DNA of 62,958 bases, filler included, from 6 parts of 6 records of this genome joined end to end with filler, not necessarily neighbours in it; one strand, 5' to 3'. Shown: positions 37,780 to 48,166, counted from the first letter of the whole stretch. Made by a program: numbers and translations. The notes: generated from the letters alone by a model not told the origin.

Positions 37780-39539
37780 TTAGGTCAGTAGACCATAGCC
37801 CCTTAGTTGCTGAGGGGTTGCCTCTGTAAGCGACTGGATGTTTCGTCTAAATCCTTCGGATATAGGTGTTGTGTTACTAGATCGTACCTGCCCCTGATTT
37901 CCAATGGTGTCACTGAGGAGACCTGATTGTTGTGTTCTTCCAGTAGATCCTGCAACTGGTTGTTCAGAGAGATTTTCTGCTGTGCTGATAAAGTCCGCAG
38001 TGTCTCTATTCCTAAAACCTTGAGAACCTTCTTCGAGAAATCTTCGTGTAGCTTTTGTTCTGATTCCATCATTACCTTGCCATTTCATAATTACAAGATC
38101 GGGAAAGCCTAAACTTTCATCCCACCCTGATTTCTTCCATTGGGCAACAAGCCTCTTATACTTCTGCTCACTACCACCAAATTCGGCATCCCTTACATAT
38201 TTAGGATCGAATTTTACCCTACCGAGTTCATTAAAGCCAAATTCATTATAATAGTTTGGCAAAAACCCTTTTGGATGTGCTTTTGATGGCACTGCATAAG
38301 CATCTAATACTGTAGCACCATTTTCAATTCCATTCAAGATAGAAGAGGGTACAGATACACCTTTTGAGGCATATCCTAACTCATTATTCATTACACCAAC
38401 TATACCTACTTCATTTTTAGTTAGTGCAGGGTGAGTAAACCCATAATCAGCTTCATAATCAGTATTTTTCTTCAATCCATAATAGACTTTACCGCCAGTT
38501 TTAGCATCCCCTAAACCATAGAAAACTAATGAACCATCTTTAGCACCATCTTGTATTTCTTTAAGGCTATACTTCGTTAAACTTTCAGAAAGTATATTGT
38601 CCTCTAATCCATCTACAATCTCAATCGGCTTCAACCCACCCTGATTAACGGGAGTTAGTGTAGATCTCCAATTAGAGTTTACTGTATCAGTAATTAATTG
38701 TGCGTGTCTTGCAGAATTAATGTTTCCTATTCTTTTCGCACTCATTCCCTGAGCTATTTCAGGTGTTATTTCTTGAACTAAATTTGCCATTGAAAATGCT
38801 CTAGCATCGCTTCTTATCGGCTTATTAGCAGAACGTCTTGCACTAAAAAATTCAGGAAACATAACTTCAGCAGGTACTGGCATATCAAATTTTGCTACTG
38901 GCTTTCCAAAAAGTGCATAATCGTAACTTATATGAGGAACTCCACCTATATCAATAGTTTTCACTGGCTTTCTAGTTTTATCTAATTCCAATAAAATTAA
39001 ACTATCCATAGGATTAGTTCCCGCTTCATACGGGTTAATGGTTTCTTGTAATATTCTATTAATGTTAGGAGAACCTAAATCTCTACCTCTCCTACTGTTT
39101 AGAGCTTGTGCAAAATAATTTGCTGTTTCAAAGTCAAGACTGCCTAAATATTTTTCTAAGTCAGGTGAATTAAACCCAACAAAATCTTGTAACTTTTCTG
39201 CACCCTTTTTGGTTTGACCTATTGACCTAACTAAATTATCTAACTTAACAACATTTTCAGGTTTTATGTAAGAGTTATCTATAAAAGACTTAACTTGCCT
39301 TCCAAAAATTTTCCTCATTGTTTTATTAGATACTTGAGAAGGCAATTTACCAGACGTTTGAGGGTTCATAGCTGTTACAACAGCATAATCTGCTCCTCTA
39401 CTAGCTTGAGATGTCGCCTGACCTTTTCCTAAATTAGCAAATGCAAGCTCTTTGTCTAAACTGCTTCTCATTAACGGGAAGTCAGAACCGCCTTGCAATG
39501 GAACTGGCTCTATTTCAGCACCATCTATGCCCCTGAAAA
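37780..39539 (-). CDS. Large phage protein (5' truncated) with a C-terminal GNAT-like domain of polyvalent-protein type
   Basis: Frame open to the contig edge; KGV...GIENGATVLDAY...FLPNYYNEFGFNELGRVKFDPKY. Confidence 0.65.
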
Positions 39540-39639
39540 NNNNNNNNNNNNNNNNNNNNNNNNNNNNNNNNNNNNNNNNNNNNTTAATTAATTAANNNNN
39601 NNNNNNNNNNNNNNNNNNNNNNNNNNNNNNNNNNNNNNN
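39540..39639. other. Artificial contig linker
   Basis: N run with TTAATTAATTAA. Confidence 0.99.
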
Positions 39640-39790
39640 TAGCCCTTACCATATTAGCACGTACTCTTAGCTCTCTATTCAGTCTATTCTCTGTTAAGGT
39701 GATAAACGTAGGGATCAATGTTGTAAGATCATCCCTGTTGAGATAATTTGCTACAGTAGCCTGTAGCTCTGAGTACGTGGATAGAGCCAT
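39640..39790 (-). CDS. Head-tail adaptor, N-terminal part
   Basis: TYSELQATVANYLNRDDL, homologous to 30346-30984. Confidence 0.8.
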
Positions 39791-40095
39791 TACAGATGGC
39801 TTTCATGTGTGCGGAGAAAACGATTTTCAGGATCATTCAGAAGCTGCTTGATCTTGGGCCAATCATTTTTATTCATTATGTCAACGCCAAGCTCGCGTTT
39901 CCATTTTTCAACTACAACCAGCGGAATGCTTGCAACTTTACGCATACCGTTGTTTGACTGTGTTCCGTACATAGAGTCGTTGTTAAGTTCTTTCTTGTTA
40001 AGCTCTAGCAACGGTGCTACGTCCTGCACATTTTCAAGGACAACATTGTCCGTGCTGTGATCGTAGTTGAATTTGGTTTTAACTGGATCGTTCAT
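39790..40095 (-). CDS. Conserved hypothetical phage protein
   Basis: KVASIP and LNDPENRFLRT; homolog of 30981-31313. Confidence 0.75.
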   Translation of the reverse strand: MNDPVKTKFNYDHSTDNVVLENVQDVAPLLELNKKELNNDSMYGTQSNNGMRKVASIPLVVVEKWKRELGVDIMNKNDWPKIKQLLNDPENRFLRTHESHL

Positions 40096-40116
40096 CTTTT
40101 GCCTCTTAGTTAGAAC

Positions 40117-40141
40117 GGGGGAGAACAGGATGCTCTCCCCC
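40117..40141 (-). terminator. Hairpin/terminator after the capsid gene
   Basis: GGGGGAGA...TCTCCCCC; weak U tract. Confidence 0.55.
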
Positions 40142-40154
40142 TTTAGTCCTAGCC

Positions 40155-41105
40155 TTACGACAGATCGTAGACTGCGCCGAGAGCTTTCTCGTTCTTGACA
40201 ACGAGAGTATGCTCAGCAATGATTGCCCGCTGCTCGCCGTCAGACGTGCTAGCAACTTCCCGCTGGAAGAACGGACGAAGATATGCAATTGCATAGTACT
40301 CAGGGTCAAGCAGCCAGACATCACGGCTACGCTGGAAGCGGTTAGGAACCACTGCCATTTCACCGAAGTCACTGACGTACACGTCCATACCACCGATGAT
40401 CCGCTGATCACCAATGTCGTTGAAGTTACTGACGCCGGAAGCGCCACCAACACCAACAAAGCTGGAGAACGTCTGCTTCTGCGAGGGGGCCATCATCAGA
40501 TACTTGATGTCGGCACCTTCATCAAAGGCGCTAAGAATAGACGCCTTCAGCAGAGATTCAGTAAAGGTACGAGGCGTGCCGTCGGTACGCGCAGTACCGT
40601 TACCAGCACCTGAACCACCTGATCCAGCACTGACGTTGGTAGCTACCCAAGAGGTAAGCGACCCAAGTTTACGAACAGTGGTGTCCGCAGCCATTGCCGT
40701 CTTAGTCTGGTTGACGCCAACATACGCACGTTCCATATCACGCTTCAGTTCTTTAGCGCGTTTGGACATCTGGTACGCAAGCTCTTCTTTACGACCAGCT
40801 TTGGATACAGCGTCCAGAGTGCCAGAAACGAGCGTCGTTTTCAGGCTGATCTGGCAGATGTTACCAAGGCGAGACGTAGCGGTCGGCTCAGCAGCAGCAA
40901 GCGTCGAGCCTTCTTCGTGGTGGTTATTAGCAGCGTCCGCAAGCGAATCTGTCTGCCATTCGTGATTAACCGCAACCGCATCTTCGCGACCACCCATTGA
41001 CATAAACGGCGTATCAGTCGGAGAGATATCGTAGATTACATTCTCAAGGTCTTCACGAAGACCCTTCGCTGAGAACGTAACAAACACACCAGTAGGCTGT
41101 GCCAT
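40155..41105 (-). CDS. Major capsid protein
   Basis: REDLENVIYDISPTDTPF, HEWQTDSL, ELKRDME, YVSDFG; homologous to 31368-32321. Confidence 0.9.
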   Translation of the reverse strand: MAQPTGVFVTFSAKGLREDLENVIYDISPTDTPFMSMGGREDAVAVNHEWQTDSLADAANNHHEEGSTLAAAEPTATSRLGNICQISLKTTLVSGTLDAVSKAGRKEELAYQMSKRAKELKRDMERAYVGVNQTKTAMAADTTVRKLGSLTSWVATNVSAGSGGSGAGNGTARTDGTPRTFTESLLKASILSAFDEGADIKYLMMAPSQKQTFSSFVGVGGASGVSNFNDIGDQRIIGGMDVYVSDFGEMAVVPNRFQRSRDVWLLDPEYYAIAYLRPFFQREVASTSDGEQRAIIAEHTLVVKNEKALGAVYDLS

Positions 41106-41124
41106 AGTTTAGTTCCTTTCAAGG

Positions 41125-42111
41125 TTAAGTGATAAAGTCCAACAAAACATTTGCAGCATCTCGCTGACTACCTGTTTTTGCAAGTCTCTCTCGCTTAGCC
41201 TGAACTTCCCTACGTGAGCGTTGAGCTTTTGTTCTGGGAGTTCCGGCTTTCACAACCTTTGGAGCGGTCTTTTTAGATTTCTTAGCTGGCCCCTTAAAAG
41301 CCTTGTCCTGCATCATAGCTTTGTGCAGCACTAGGATAACACGGTGGTCAGCTATTCCATCAACTTCCTGTGGAGAAAATCCTAACCCAAGGGCGTAGTT
41401 ACGCACATCGTCCTTAAAGTTAGAGTCTGGATCAGAATACTGGGGCAACGCCTGTGCAAGAAGTTCAGCTTCTTTCTGAATCTTCTCTTGCAAAATTTGT
41501 CCCATTTCTGATTCAGTCTGCTGCTGAACACGCACTCGCTCGTTCTGCAACTCAGAAATTCTCTCCTTCGTTTCTTGGTACTCCAGACGCTTCTCCATGT
41601 ACTCCATTGGATCGTTGTCTTTAAGCTCAGCCCAGTTTACGTTCTGAAAGCGTTGTAGCTCTAAGTTCTGGTTCTGTGCCATGTTACCAAGAACTTGAGC
41701 ATATTGCTCACGCTCCTGTTGAACGGCTTGGAGATTAGCTTCATAGGCTTTTCTCTGTTCCGCTAGAGACTGCGATTTACGGGTATAATCCGCTTGCCGC
41801 TGATAGCCGTTCCGTAGCTCATCAAGATTAACCTCGACTTCTTCACCATCAACTTTAACGGTGTAGCTTGGAGAGGTTTCTGTCTCAGCTACTTCTTCGT
41901 CTACCTCGTAGTCAACTTCCTCATACTCTGTTTCATCTTCCGTCGCTTCATATTCCTCTTCAGCGGCTTCTGTTTCATACTCTTCAGACTCTGAGGGGGC
42001 TTCGATAGTTTGTTCTGGATTGGTGTCTTCATCACTTCCAAACATGACATCGAACATGTTAAGCTTTGGCTCGGTGACTTCCCCTTCGGGATTGGTCTGT
42101 GCCTCACTCAT
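41125..42111 (-). CDS. Capsid scaffolding protein
   Basis: VKVDGEEVEVNLDELRNGYQRQADYTRKSQ. Confidence 0.85.
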   Translation of the reverse strand: MSEAQTNPEGEVTEPKLNMFDVMFGSDEDTNPEQTIEAPSESEEYETEAAEEEYEATEDETEYEEVDYEVDEEVAETETSPSYTVKVDGEEVEVNLDELRNGYQRQADYTRKSQSLAEQRKAYEANLQAVQQEREQYAQVLGNMAQNQNLELQRFQNVNWAELKDNDPMEYMEKRLEYQETKERISELQNERVRVQQQTESEMGQILQEKIQKEAELLAQALPQYSDPDSNFKDDVRNYALGLGFSPQEVDGIADHRVILVLHKAMMQDKAFKGPAKKSKKTAPKVVKAGTPRTKAQRSRREVQAKRERLAKTGSQRDAANVLLDFIT

Positions 42112-42117
42112 TTGTCG

Positions 42118-42342
42118 TTACCTTTCTGTGTTTTCTATTTTGTAATCGTCCATAACAGCTTTGAGATCATCTATTACAGAACCCAAAGCTTGTAGTTTCA
42201 TCCAGCAGTTTTCTCGCTCTTGTGTAGATTGAGACATTCTCCACTGGATTACCAAGTCATTATTGAGCCTTTCTATGGTAAGTTTGAAAGCTTCATTGTC
42301 TAGTATTAGACCGGCTTGGTGTGCTTGTTCAGTAGGGTTCAT
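42118..42342 (-). CDS. Conserved small phage protein
   Basis: A..ILDNEAF, QWR, ERE; homolog of 33351-33623. Confidence 0.72.
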   Translation of the reverse strand: MNPTEQAHQAGLILDNEAFKLTIERLNNDLVIQWRMSQSTQERENCWMKLQALGSVIDDLKAVMDDYKIENTER

Positions 42343-42506
42343 TTGTGCTTCTGCATATACCCTTCAGTACCGGCGTACTTAGAGTTGCCGTAGATGTCTC
42401 CACCCATGCGATTACCGCTGGGCTTAGGCGGCGCAGTGTTACCACCTTTAGAGGGGACAGGGCGGTTACCAACTTTGCCCATCTTTGGGCTAGCATAGTC
42501 TTTCAT
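42339..42506 (-). CDS. 55-aa basic Gly/Pro-rich protein (absent from the ORF track)
   Basis: MKDYASPKMGKVGNRPVPSKGGN...YMQKHK; RBS AAGGA; ATGA overlap with the next gene. Confidence 0.6.
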   Translation of the reverse strand: MKDYASPKMGKVGNRPVPSKGGNTAPPKPSGNRMGGDIYGNSKYAGTEGYMQKHK

Positions 42507-42521
42507 GGTATTTCCTTTCTG

Positions 42522-42770
42522 TTACCATTTTTTGCAAGACCAGTATCTTGCGCTTAGTTTAGAGGGAGGGCTAGTGTCGCACTTGTGTCTGGCCCTGAAA
42601 CTTTTTCTACGTTTAGGCTGATCTTTTTTAATGCTCATATTAGGATCACCAAAACGGACCAATTTTACTGCGCCTCCTTTTTTTGCCAAGACTGCAAACT
42701 TCTTGTTCTTACCGGGAGTTCTCTTAGGTTTGTTATAGCCGGAGAACTTTTCTCCTCTGTATGTAATCAT
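42522..42770 (-). CDS. Small basic conserved viral protein
   Basis: KLVRFGDPNM, RRKSFRARHKC, SARYWSC motifs common in marine viruses. Confidence 0.8.
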   Translation of the reverse strand: MITYRGEKFSGYNKPKRTPGKNKKFAVLAKKGGAVKLVRFGDPNMSIKKDQPKRRKSFRARHKCDTSPPSKLSARYWSCKKW

Positions 42771-43255
42771 GTTTTGATAATAAAATTGATTGGTTGAAGT
42801 TTGATAACATCTGTGCCTGTGGCAGCACTGGCAGTTACAGAAGTACCTAGAACAAAACTACCGCCGACACCTACAGGAGAATAAGTGCGGAAATCTGGAA
42901 CCAAAAAGTTTGCACCACTTGTGCCAAAGGTGTTACCTATTACGTTATACAAAGCAGCATAGGTAGACGTAGAAAATGCAGAACCATCGCACAACAGCCA
43001 ATCATTGATACCACTGATGGTCTGTGTAGTAGGTATGCTGTTACTAGCATACATAATCACGGAACCAACGGGAAAACCTAGTTTGTTTAGCTGGGCAGAC
43101 GTTTGGTTAACAGCCGTGGTTCCAAGGTTAGGAAACTGCGTCTGAAGAACCGACTTGACCAAACGAAGATGATCATCGCCTTCTGAAAGAGGATCACTAG
43201 CAGAGGGGTTTGAAGAGTTGAGTTGGCTAATATAACTAGCAGATTCTACAGTCAT
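42767..43255 (-). CDS. Tail-collar domain protein
   Basis: GDDHLRLVK; PVGSVIMYA, WLLCDGS..S..TYAALYNVIG.TFG, VPDFR. Confidence 0.85.
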   Translation of the reverse strand: MTVESASYISQLNSSNPSASDPLSEGDDHLRLVKSVLQTQFPNLGTTAVNQTSAQLNKLGFPVGSVIMYASNSIPTTQTISGINDWLLCDGSAFSTSTYAALYNVIGNTFGTSGANFLVPDFRTYSPVGVGGSFVLGTSVTASAATGTDVIKLQPINFIIKT

Positions 43256-43292
43256 GTCTTACTCCGTTAAGCTTATTTTAACACTTTTATAT

Positions 43293-43877
43293 TTAATTGT
43301 CAAGAAGCTCAGGCCAATCATAAAGAATACCTGACTTTGTAATACTATCGTCATCTTCAACTGTATACGTTACGAACAACGCGGCAATGGCATCTGTGTC
43401 AGCGGCGGTGGTGATAGCGTCTTCCATCTCAGTCGCCTTGGCCCGGATTGCATCGCGCCATGTCTGGATATTAGCGGGTACTGCTACAGCAGTGTCTACC
43501 TTGCGAACCAATGCCCAATCAGTTTGAGACAGGAGTGACCCCTGCTGCGACCGTACTTCAGCAATCAGGTTCGACCTGACGCCCTTGGTAACCATCTGCA
43601 CACCGTCGTCATCCAGCAGAGGATCGCCGTTCTCGTCTACCTCGTTAACATCTTCTAGCGGCTTTGGCGTACTGTTTACCGTGCCGTCATCGTTGTATCC
43701 CCAGTTATACAGCACACTGTTAGGATGCGGCTGCTGCACGATCTCGGTGATACCAATCGCTGTTTTCTGCTCTACAGAATAGGTGTACCAACTACCGGGA
43801 TGGACCGTGCCATCTGCATCAGTAAACTGTTGACCGGGACGAATGGTTTTGCTGTTGCATTTATAAATTGATGTCAT
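43293..43877 (-). CDS. Tail-fibre assembly/chaperone-like protein
   Basis: LLSQTDW..VR and WRDAIR; follows the fibre gene. Confidence 0.65.
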   Translation of the reverse strand: MTSIYKCNSKTIRPGQQFTDADGTVHPGSWYTYSVEQKTAIGITEIVQQPHPNSVLYNWGYNDDGTVNSTPKPLEDVNEVDENGDPLLDDDGVQMVTKGVRSNLIAEVRSQQGSLLSQTDWALVRKVDTAVAVPANIQTWRDAIRAKATEMEDAITTAADTDAIAALFVTYTVEDDDSITKSGILYDWPELLDN

Positions 43878-43891
43878 TTTATCTATCCTTA

Positions 43892-46252
43892 TTATCTTGC
43901 TGTAGCTGGTGCTACGCCGTCACCGCCGAATGGGTTCTCTGCGAAGGCCATGTATGTAATAGTATATCCGTTGCCATTAACGCTGCCAGACGCATCTCGC
44001 ACTTTGAAACCATTGCTCAGAAAATCTATTTCATGGTCGGCATTGGCTTCTGTGTTTGCTAATTCTGCGAATAGCTGATCCCCTACAGAGTTTCCACCAC
44101 CAGAAGCTGACCTATCCGTATCCAGTATGCCCCAGCGTGTTCCAGCGTTGCTTGAGGATTTATACATAATCCATTTTGGTTTAAATCCTGTGTACACAAA
44201 AGGACCATTTGTTGCCGATCCATTGCCCTTGTAACTGCCGATGCTGCTATATCCGGGGATTTCTGCGAAACAGTAGAACAAGCAAACCTGACCTCCGTTT
44301 GTCCAAGCACCGTTTATAATTTGAAAAACAGAACTGGTAGAAGCTGATTGCCATGTTGTTGTTGTCGCAGCACCTGTTGTATTTAGCCGGATTTCGTTCG
44401 CCGGTGAAATTGCATCGTGATAAACGTGCCAGTTATCAGCAAGGTTTACGTTTTTACCGATTATCATTTTTGGGGCTACCCCCAAGCCATGCCCAATAGT
44501 ATCGGTTCCAGATGTGCCGGGTGTTGCAGTTACGATGGAAAATCCTGCGGCTGTGTTGGCGGAGACTGTACTTGCAAGCGAACCATCAGTGTTGCTGCTG
44601 CCAGCGCCGTTGGCTGCCCACTGCCATGCGACATAATTAACACCACTTGCATTAACATCTGGAGAATAGCTAGTATCATCACCAACTGTAAAACCATCTG
44701 ATCCAAAAGCAGTCAGGTTATCGGCATCAGTTGCTTCAGCACTTGTAGTATTGCTGGATACAGACTTAGTAACACCACGGACGGCATCCGTTAGAATATG
44801 ATTACGAGCGGTTGTACGGGATTTTATCCAAACCAAATCAGGTGCCAGATCACTATTACCGTTATTAACAATCGCTTGTGTGCCGTTATTACCCGTATAA
44901 AGCGTAGGCTGAAAATGCGCTGACCCATCCTTGATCGATGGTGTGGGAAGGTTGGCGGTGTTCCAAGCCTTATAAGTACTGCCGGGATCGTGAGTAAACG
45001 CTGACTGCCCGAAGTTTGCAGTAAAGTTTGCGTGTGTACCCGAACCGGCAGAGTAGGATACCCGTGCATACATCATGCCGGTTAGACCGGTTTTTGCAGC
45101 CGTGCCTGAATTTTGAATAACGCCATCTTTAGAAAAGTACAGGTTTCCACTTTGTACTAGAACACCGATAGTGTTGGTGGTGTAGGTTGCACCATAAGAT
45201 GAAGTTGATCCTTGATCGTTAAAGTTCCCTGTGTTGCCTTGATAAGTATACCTACCGGGGTTGTAATCACTGATCGTAGTTGTTCCAGCAAGAGCCAAAG
45301 CATCAGCGTCTTGAAGACCAATATCAGGGTAGGTAGCAGCCGTGCTACTAGCAACTTCAAAATAAAATCCATTGCTGTCAGTAACATCAATGGCGAAAGT
45401 AGACACTGCTCCTGCATCTCCAGCAGCGCCTGTGTTTAAGTTACCGTCAGACAACGTATAAGCGTCTACATTAAGTGGATTAAATGTAGGGAAGTTCAGA
45501 GTCGGCGTATCCAACATCTGATCTGTGGTGGTTAGTCCGCTGCTGGTGAAATCATTGGAATTGCCACTGTAGTCTGCCCCTAGATCGGCGCTGTCTTCAC
45601 CTGTGATGTAAAAGCCGTTGGATCCGTAGCTGCCATCGTATGCCTTGGGTATCCACACGCCATCGTCGTTATATTCACCAAAGCTGGTTGGGTCTAACGC
45701 AGTGCCGTCGATGAAGTTGATTTCGGCCTGATACCCGTCAAAATAATAATTTGCGATATGAAGTTCACCTATCTTATGCTCAACGGCATTGTTGATAGCA
45801 CCTTCAAAATTTTGAGCCGGAGTTGCCGCTTTGGTAAAATCTGTTACCTGAGAACCGTTGATGTATAATTTAGTCCTGTTATTAGCATCAGCTTGTGTGC
45901 TATCGAACTGCCAGACCAAGTGATACCAAGCAGAAGCGTCACGAAAAACCTGCGTGGTGTACCAGTTAAGGTCCGTGCCAGAACCTTCGTTTAGTATCGT
46001 AATCATTTCACGAGAAGCCGCATCTGGACCTACCTGTAGATACGCCGTCCCTGTTGCTGCAAAAAGACTTTGCCTTGTTCCGTCAATCTTTCCACGCTTG
46101 AACCATGTCGAAAAGGTCCAAGTGCGGCGATTACCAGCAGAGCCATATGTTTTGCTCAGATGAGATGATGTAGTTTTATCAAACCGGATCGACTGATCAA
46201 TCTCGTAGCCAGCACCGCCAGCCGCCTTGGATGTGCCTTGGATGATTGACAT
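43892..46252 (-). CDS. Tail fibre / receptor-binding protein (LamG/SPRY-like domains)
   Basis: RRTWTFSTWFKR, FRDASAWYHLV, ANFGQ, PDLVWIKSR, YMAFAENPF. Confidence 0.82.
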   Translation of the reverse strand: MSIIQGTSKAAGGAGYEIDQSIRFDKTTSSHLSKTYGSAGNRRTWTFSTWFKRGKIDGTRQSLFAATGTAYLQVGPDAASREMITILNEGSGTDLNWYTTQVFRDASAWYHLVWQFDSTQADANNRTKLYINGSQVTDFTKAATPAQNFEGAINNAVEHKIGELHIANYYFDGYQAEINFIDGTALDPTSFGEYNDDGVWIPKAYDGSYGSNGFYITGEDSADLGADYSGNSNDFTSSGLTTTDQMLDTPTLNFPTFNPLNVDAYTLSDGNLNTGAAGDAGAVSTFAIDVTDSNGFYFEVASSTAATYPDIGLQDADALALAGTTTISDYNPGRYTYQGNTGNFNDQGSTSSYGATYTTNTIGVLVQSGNLYFSKDGVIQNSGTAAKTGLTGMMYARVSYSAGSGTHANFTANFGQSAFTHDPGSTYKAWNTANLPTPSIKDGSAHFQPTLYTGNNGTQAIVNNGNSDLAPDLVWIKSRTTARNHILTDAVRGVTKSVSSNTTSAEATDADNLTAFGSDGFTVGDDTSYSPDVNASGVNYVAWQWAANGAGSSNTDGSLASTVSANTAAGFSIVTATPGTSGTDTIGHGLGVAPKMIIGKNVNLADNWHVYHDAISPANEIRLNTTGAATTTTWQSASTSSVFQIINGAWTNGGQVCLFYCFAEIPGYSSIGSYKGNGSATNGPFVYTGFKPKWIMYKSSSNAGTRWGILDTDRSASGGGNSVGDQLFAELANTEANADHEIDFLSNGFKVRDASGSVNGNGYTITYMAFAENPFGGDGVAPATAR

Positions 46253-47517
46253 TAAGCAAACACCGCACTTGTGACGACATAAGCGTTCGTTCCGTCGTCG
46301 TAATAGCTGAGCCAGTAGGTGCCAGCGGTGCTGATCGTGCTAGCCAAGTTGGCGTCACCCTTGGTCGTAGCCGCCAGAGAGATTGCATGACCCCCGCTGT
46401 TGATCAGCAGGATGTTGCCCGACTGTCCATCAGTGTGGTTGGTAAACGTCAGGGTGCCGGTGCCGGTGGGAGTACACTTGAAGTTGTTGCTAGCGGACTG
46501 ATCAAAGCTCAAGTCGTTGTCGGTGGTGGGCGGGTTGTAGGCAGCGTTGACGACTTTGACGCCGCCGTCGCTTTCGATACGCATATACTCGTTAGTTAAA
46601 CCAGCCGTTGTACTGTTTGTTGCGGTTCCGAAAGCAAGGTCGTCGGCGTTATCCCATGCAACCTGTGCCACATTAGCGTTAATACCAGCCCTGAAAAACT
46701 GATCCTGACTGTTGTTGGTAATAACAAGCGTGTTTTCCCCATTAACAGCCACACCTGCAATAGCAAGTTTTCCGCCATACGTAGTAGGCGAAGACGTACC
46801 AATACCGACATTTCCGCTTGCATCCACAACAAACGGCGACGAGTCAGGATTAGCACTATCCTCAACCACCAGCGCGTTACCAGAGCCGGTCTGGGTAATG
46901 CGGAGAGCATCGCCGCTTGTTGAACCGGAGATGACAATGTTCGCAGCCAAAGAGGTGATATCGGTGTTAGCGCCACTGGCCGCTGCGCCAAGGCTGGTCC
47001 TTGCTCCGCTTGCCGTGGTTGCGTTGGTGCCGCCGTTGGCCAGCGGGAGAGTGCCTGTAACTTGACTTGTCAGATTAATGTTACCTGTTAGTTCACTAGT
47101 AGCTACCGTTCCCCACTCAGGATCGGTTCCATCAGAGCGGAGTACAGTATTGGCTGCCCCTATGGGCAACCTGTCTAGTGTTGAAGCACCCTTGGTAATT
47201 ATATCACCGCGAGTAGTAGTAGGATCACTGATGCCGCCCAAAGCAGCAAGTGCGGCGTTGGCAGTGGTTTCTCCTGTACCACCACTGGTAATCGGTATTG
47301 TGCCTGTACTGACCACCACAGCGCCTGTAGACTGATTGACAGCTATGGGGCTGGTAGCAGTGATGCTAGCAACGCCGGACAGTGCAGAGGCCAATGTTGA
47401 CTTACGAACTTTGTTAGTAGTACCGGCGCTAATGTCTACAATTGGCAGAACGTCGTCATCAGAAAGGTCTGCTTCTGACAGTTCTGTAAGCTCTGTAATT
47501 TTTTTGTTCGTTGCCAT
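46252..47517 (-). CDS. Tail fibre protein
   Basis: KKITEL anchor, LPLANGGTNATTASGARTSLG, GNVGIGTSSP. Confidence 0.8.
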   Translation of the reverse strand: MATNKKITELTELSEADLSDDDVLPIVDISAGTTNKVRKSTLASALSGVASITATSPIAVNQSTGAVVVSTGTIPITSGGTGETTANAALAALGGISDPTTTRGDIITKGASTLDRLPIGAANTVLRSDGTDPEWGTVATSELTGNINLTSQVTGTLPLANGGTNATTASGARTSLGAAASGANTDITSLAANIVISGSTSGDALRITQTGSGNALVVEDSANPDSSPFVVDASGNVGIGTSSPTTYGGKLAIAGVAVNGENTLVITNNSQDQFFRAGINANVAQVAWDNADDLAFGTATNSTTAGLTNEYMRIESDGGVKVVNAAYNPPTTDNDLSFDQSASNNFKCTPTGTGTLTFTNHTDGQSGNILLINSGGHAISLAATTKGDANLASTISTAGTYWLSYYDDGTNAYVVTSAVFA

Positions 47518-47849
47518 TAGCTTTCCACCCAATCTATATATAAAATTGCTGAGCCTGAAGTGTTAATAGTAGCTATTTTTTCTCCGTCTCCAGCCCCCAA
47601 AGACGAATCTGGCCTTACAATTACGTAAATAGTTTCATTGTCGTGTATGAAACTAGAAGTTCCATCTGTGGTAGCCGTAGGATTTCCGCCTACTTTGAAA
47701 AAGTTAGAAGGACTGCCACTGGTTCCGTGCGCTTTGATATGCGCTATGCCGGTGCCAAAAGGACAAGTACCACTTTGAGCACTGGTGCCTCCTATAGCAA
47801 CTTGCTCACTAGAGTTAATCCTATGGGCATGGGGGTGCTGCCGGGTCAT
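47517..47849 (-). CDS. Small beta-rich phage protein
   Basis: GGNPTAT and GEKIA. Confidence 0.7.
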   Translation of the reverse strand: MTRQHPHAHRINSSEQVAIGGTSAQSGTCPFGTGIAHIKAHGTSGSPSNFFKVGGNPTATTDGTSSFIHDNETIYVIVRPDSSLGAGDGEKIATINTSGSAILYIDWVES

Positions 47850-48026
47850 TTAACCCTCCAAGAAGGTAACATTGACCGTGGCTGTTCCAATACTGGCTAC
47901 TTTTTCACCGTCAGTTGCAGTTGGAGAACTATCTCCCCTGATGACAAAGTAACCCGCATCTGCTGGCTCTATCAAAGTACCTGCTGCCGTGGCCGTAGGA
48001 TTTCCGTTGATTACGATATTTACATC
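47850..48026 (-). CDS. Tandem paralog of 47517-47849, C-terminal part
   Basis: DVNIVINGNPTATAAGT...RGDSSPTATDGEKVASIG...FLEG*. Confidence 0.7.
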   Translation of the reverse strand, partial: DVNIVINGNPTATAAGTLIEPADAGYFVIRGDSSPTATDGEKVASIGTATVNVTFLEG

Positions 48027-48027
48027 G

Positions 48028-48127
48028 NNNNNNNNNNNNNNNNNNNNNNNNNNNNNNNNNNNNNNNNNNNNTTAATTAATTAANNNNNNNNNNNNNNNNN
48101 NNNNNNNNNNNNNNNNNNNNNNNNNNN
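48028..48127. other. Artificial contig linker
   Basis: N run with TTAATTAATTAA. Confidence 0.99.
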
Positions 48128-48129
48128 TG

Positions 48130-48153
48130 CTTGCCATGTTCCAGAAATCTTAA
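48130..48153 (+). CDS. pntA: NAD(P) transhydrogenase alpha subunit, last codons
   Basis: LAMFQKS* directly upstream of pntB. Confidence 0.6.
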   Translation, partial: LAMFQKS

Positions 48154-48166
48154 GGAGACCAGAACA

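Noticed and set aside
42339-42506. Possible programmed frameshift in the small ORF
   Set aside because: On re-reading, the frame is continuous for 55 codons.
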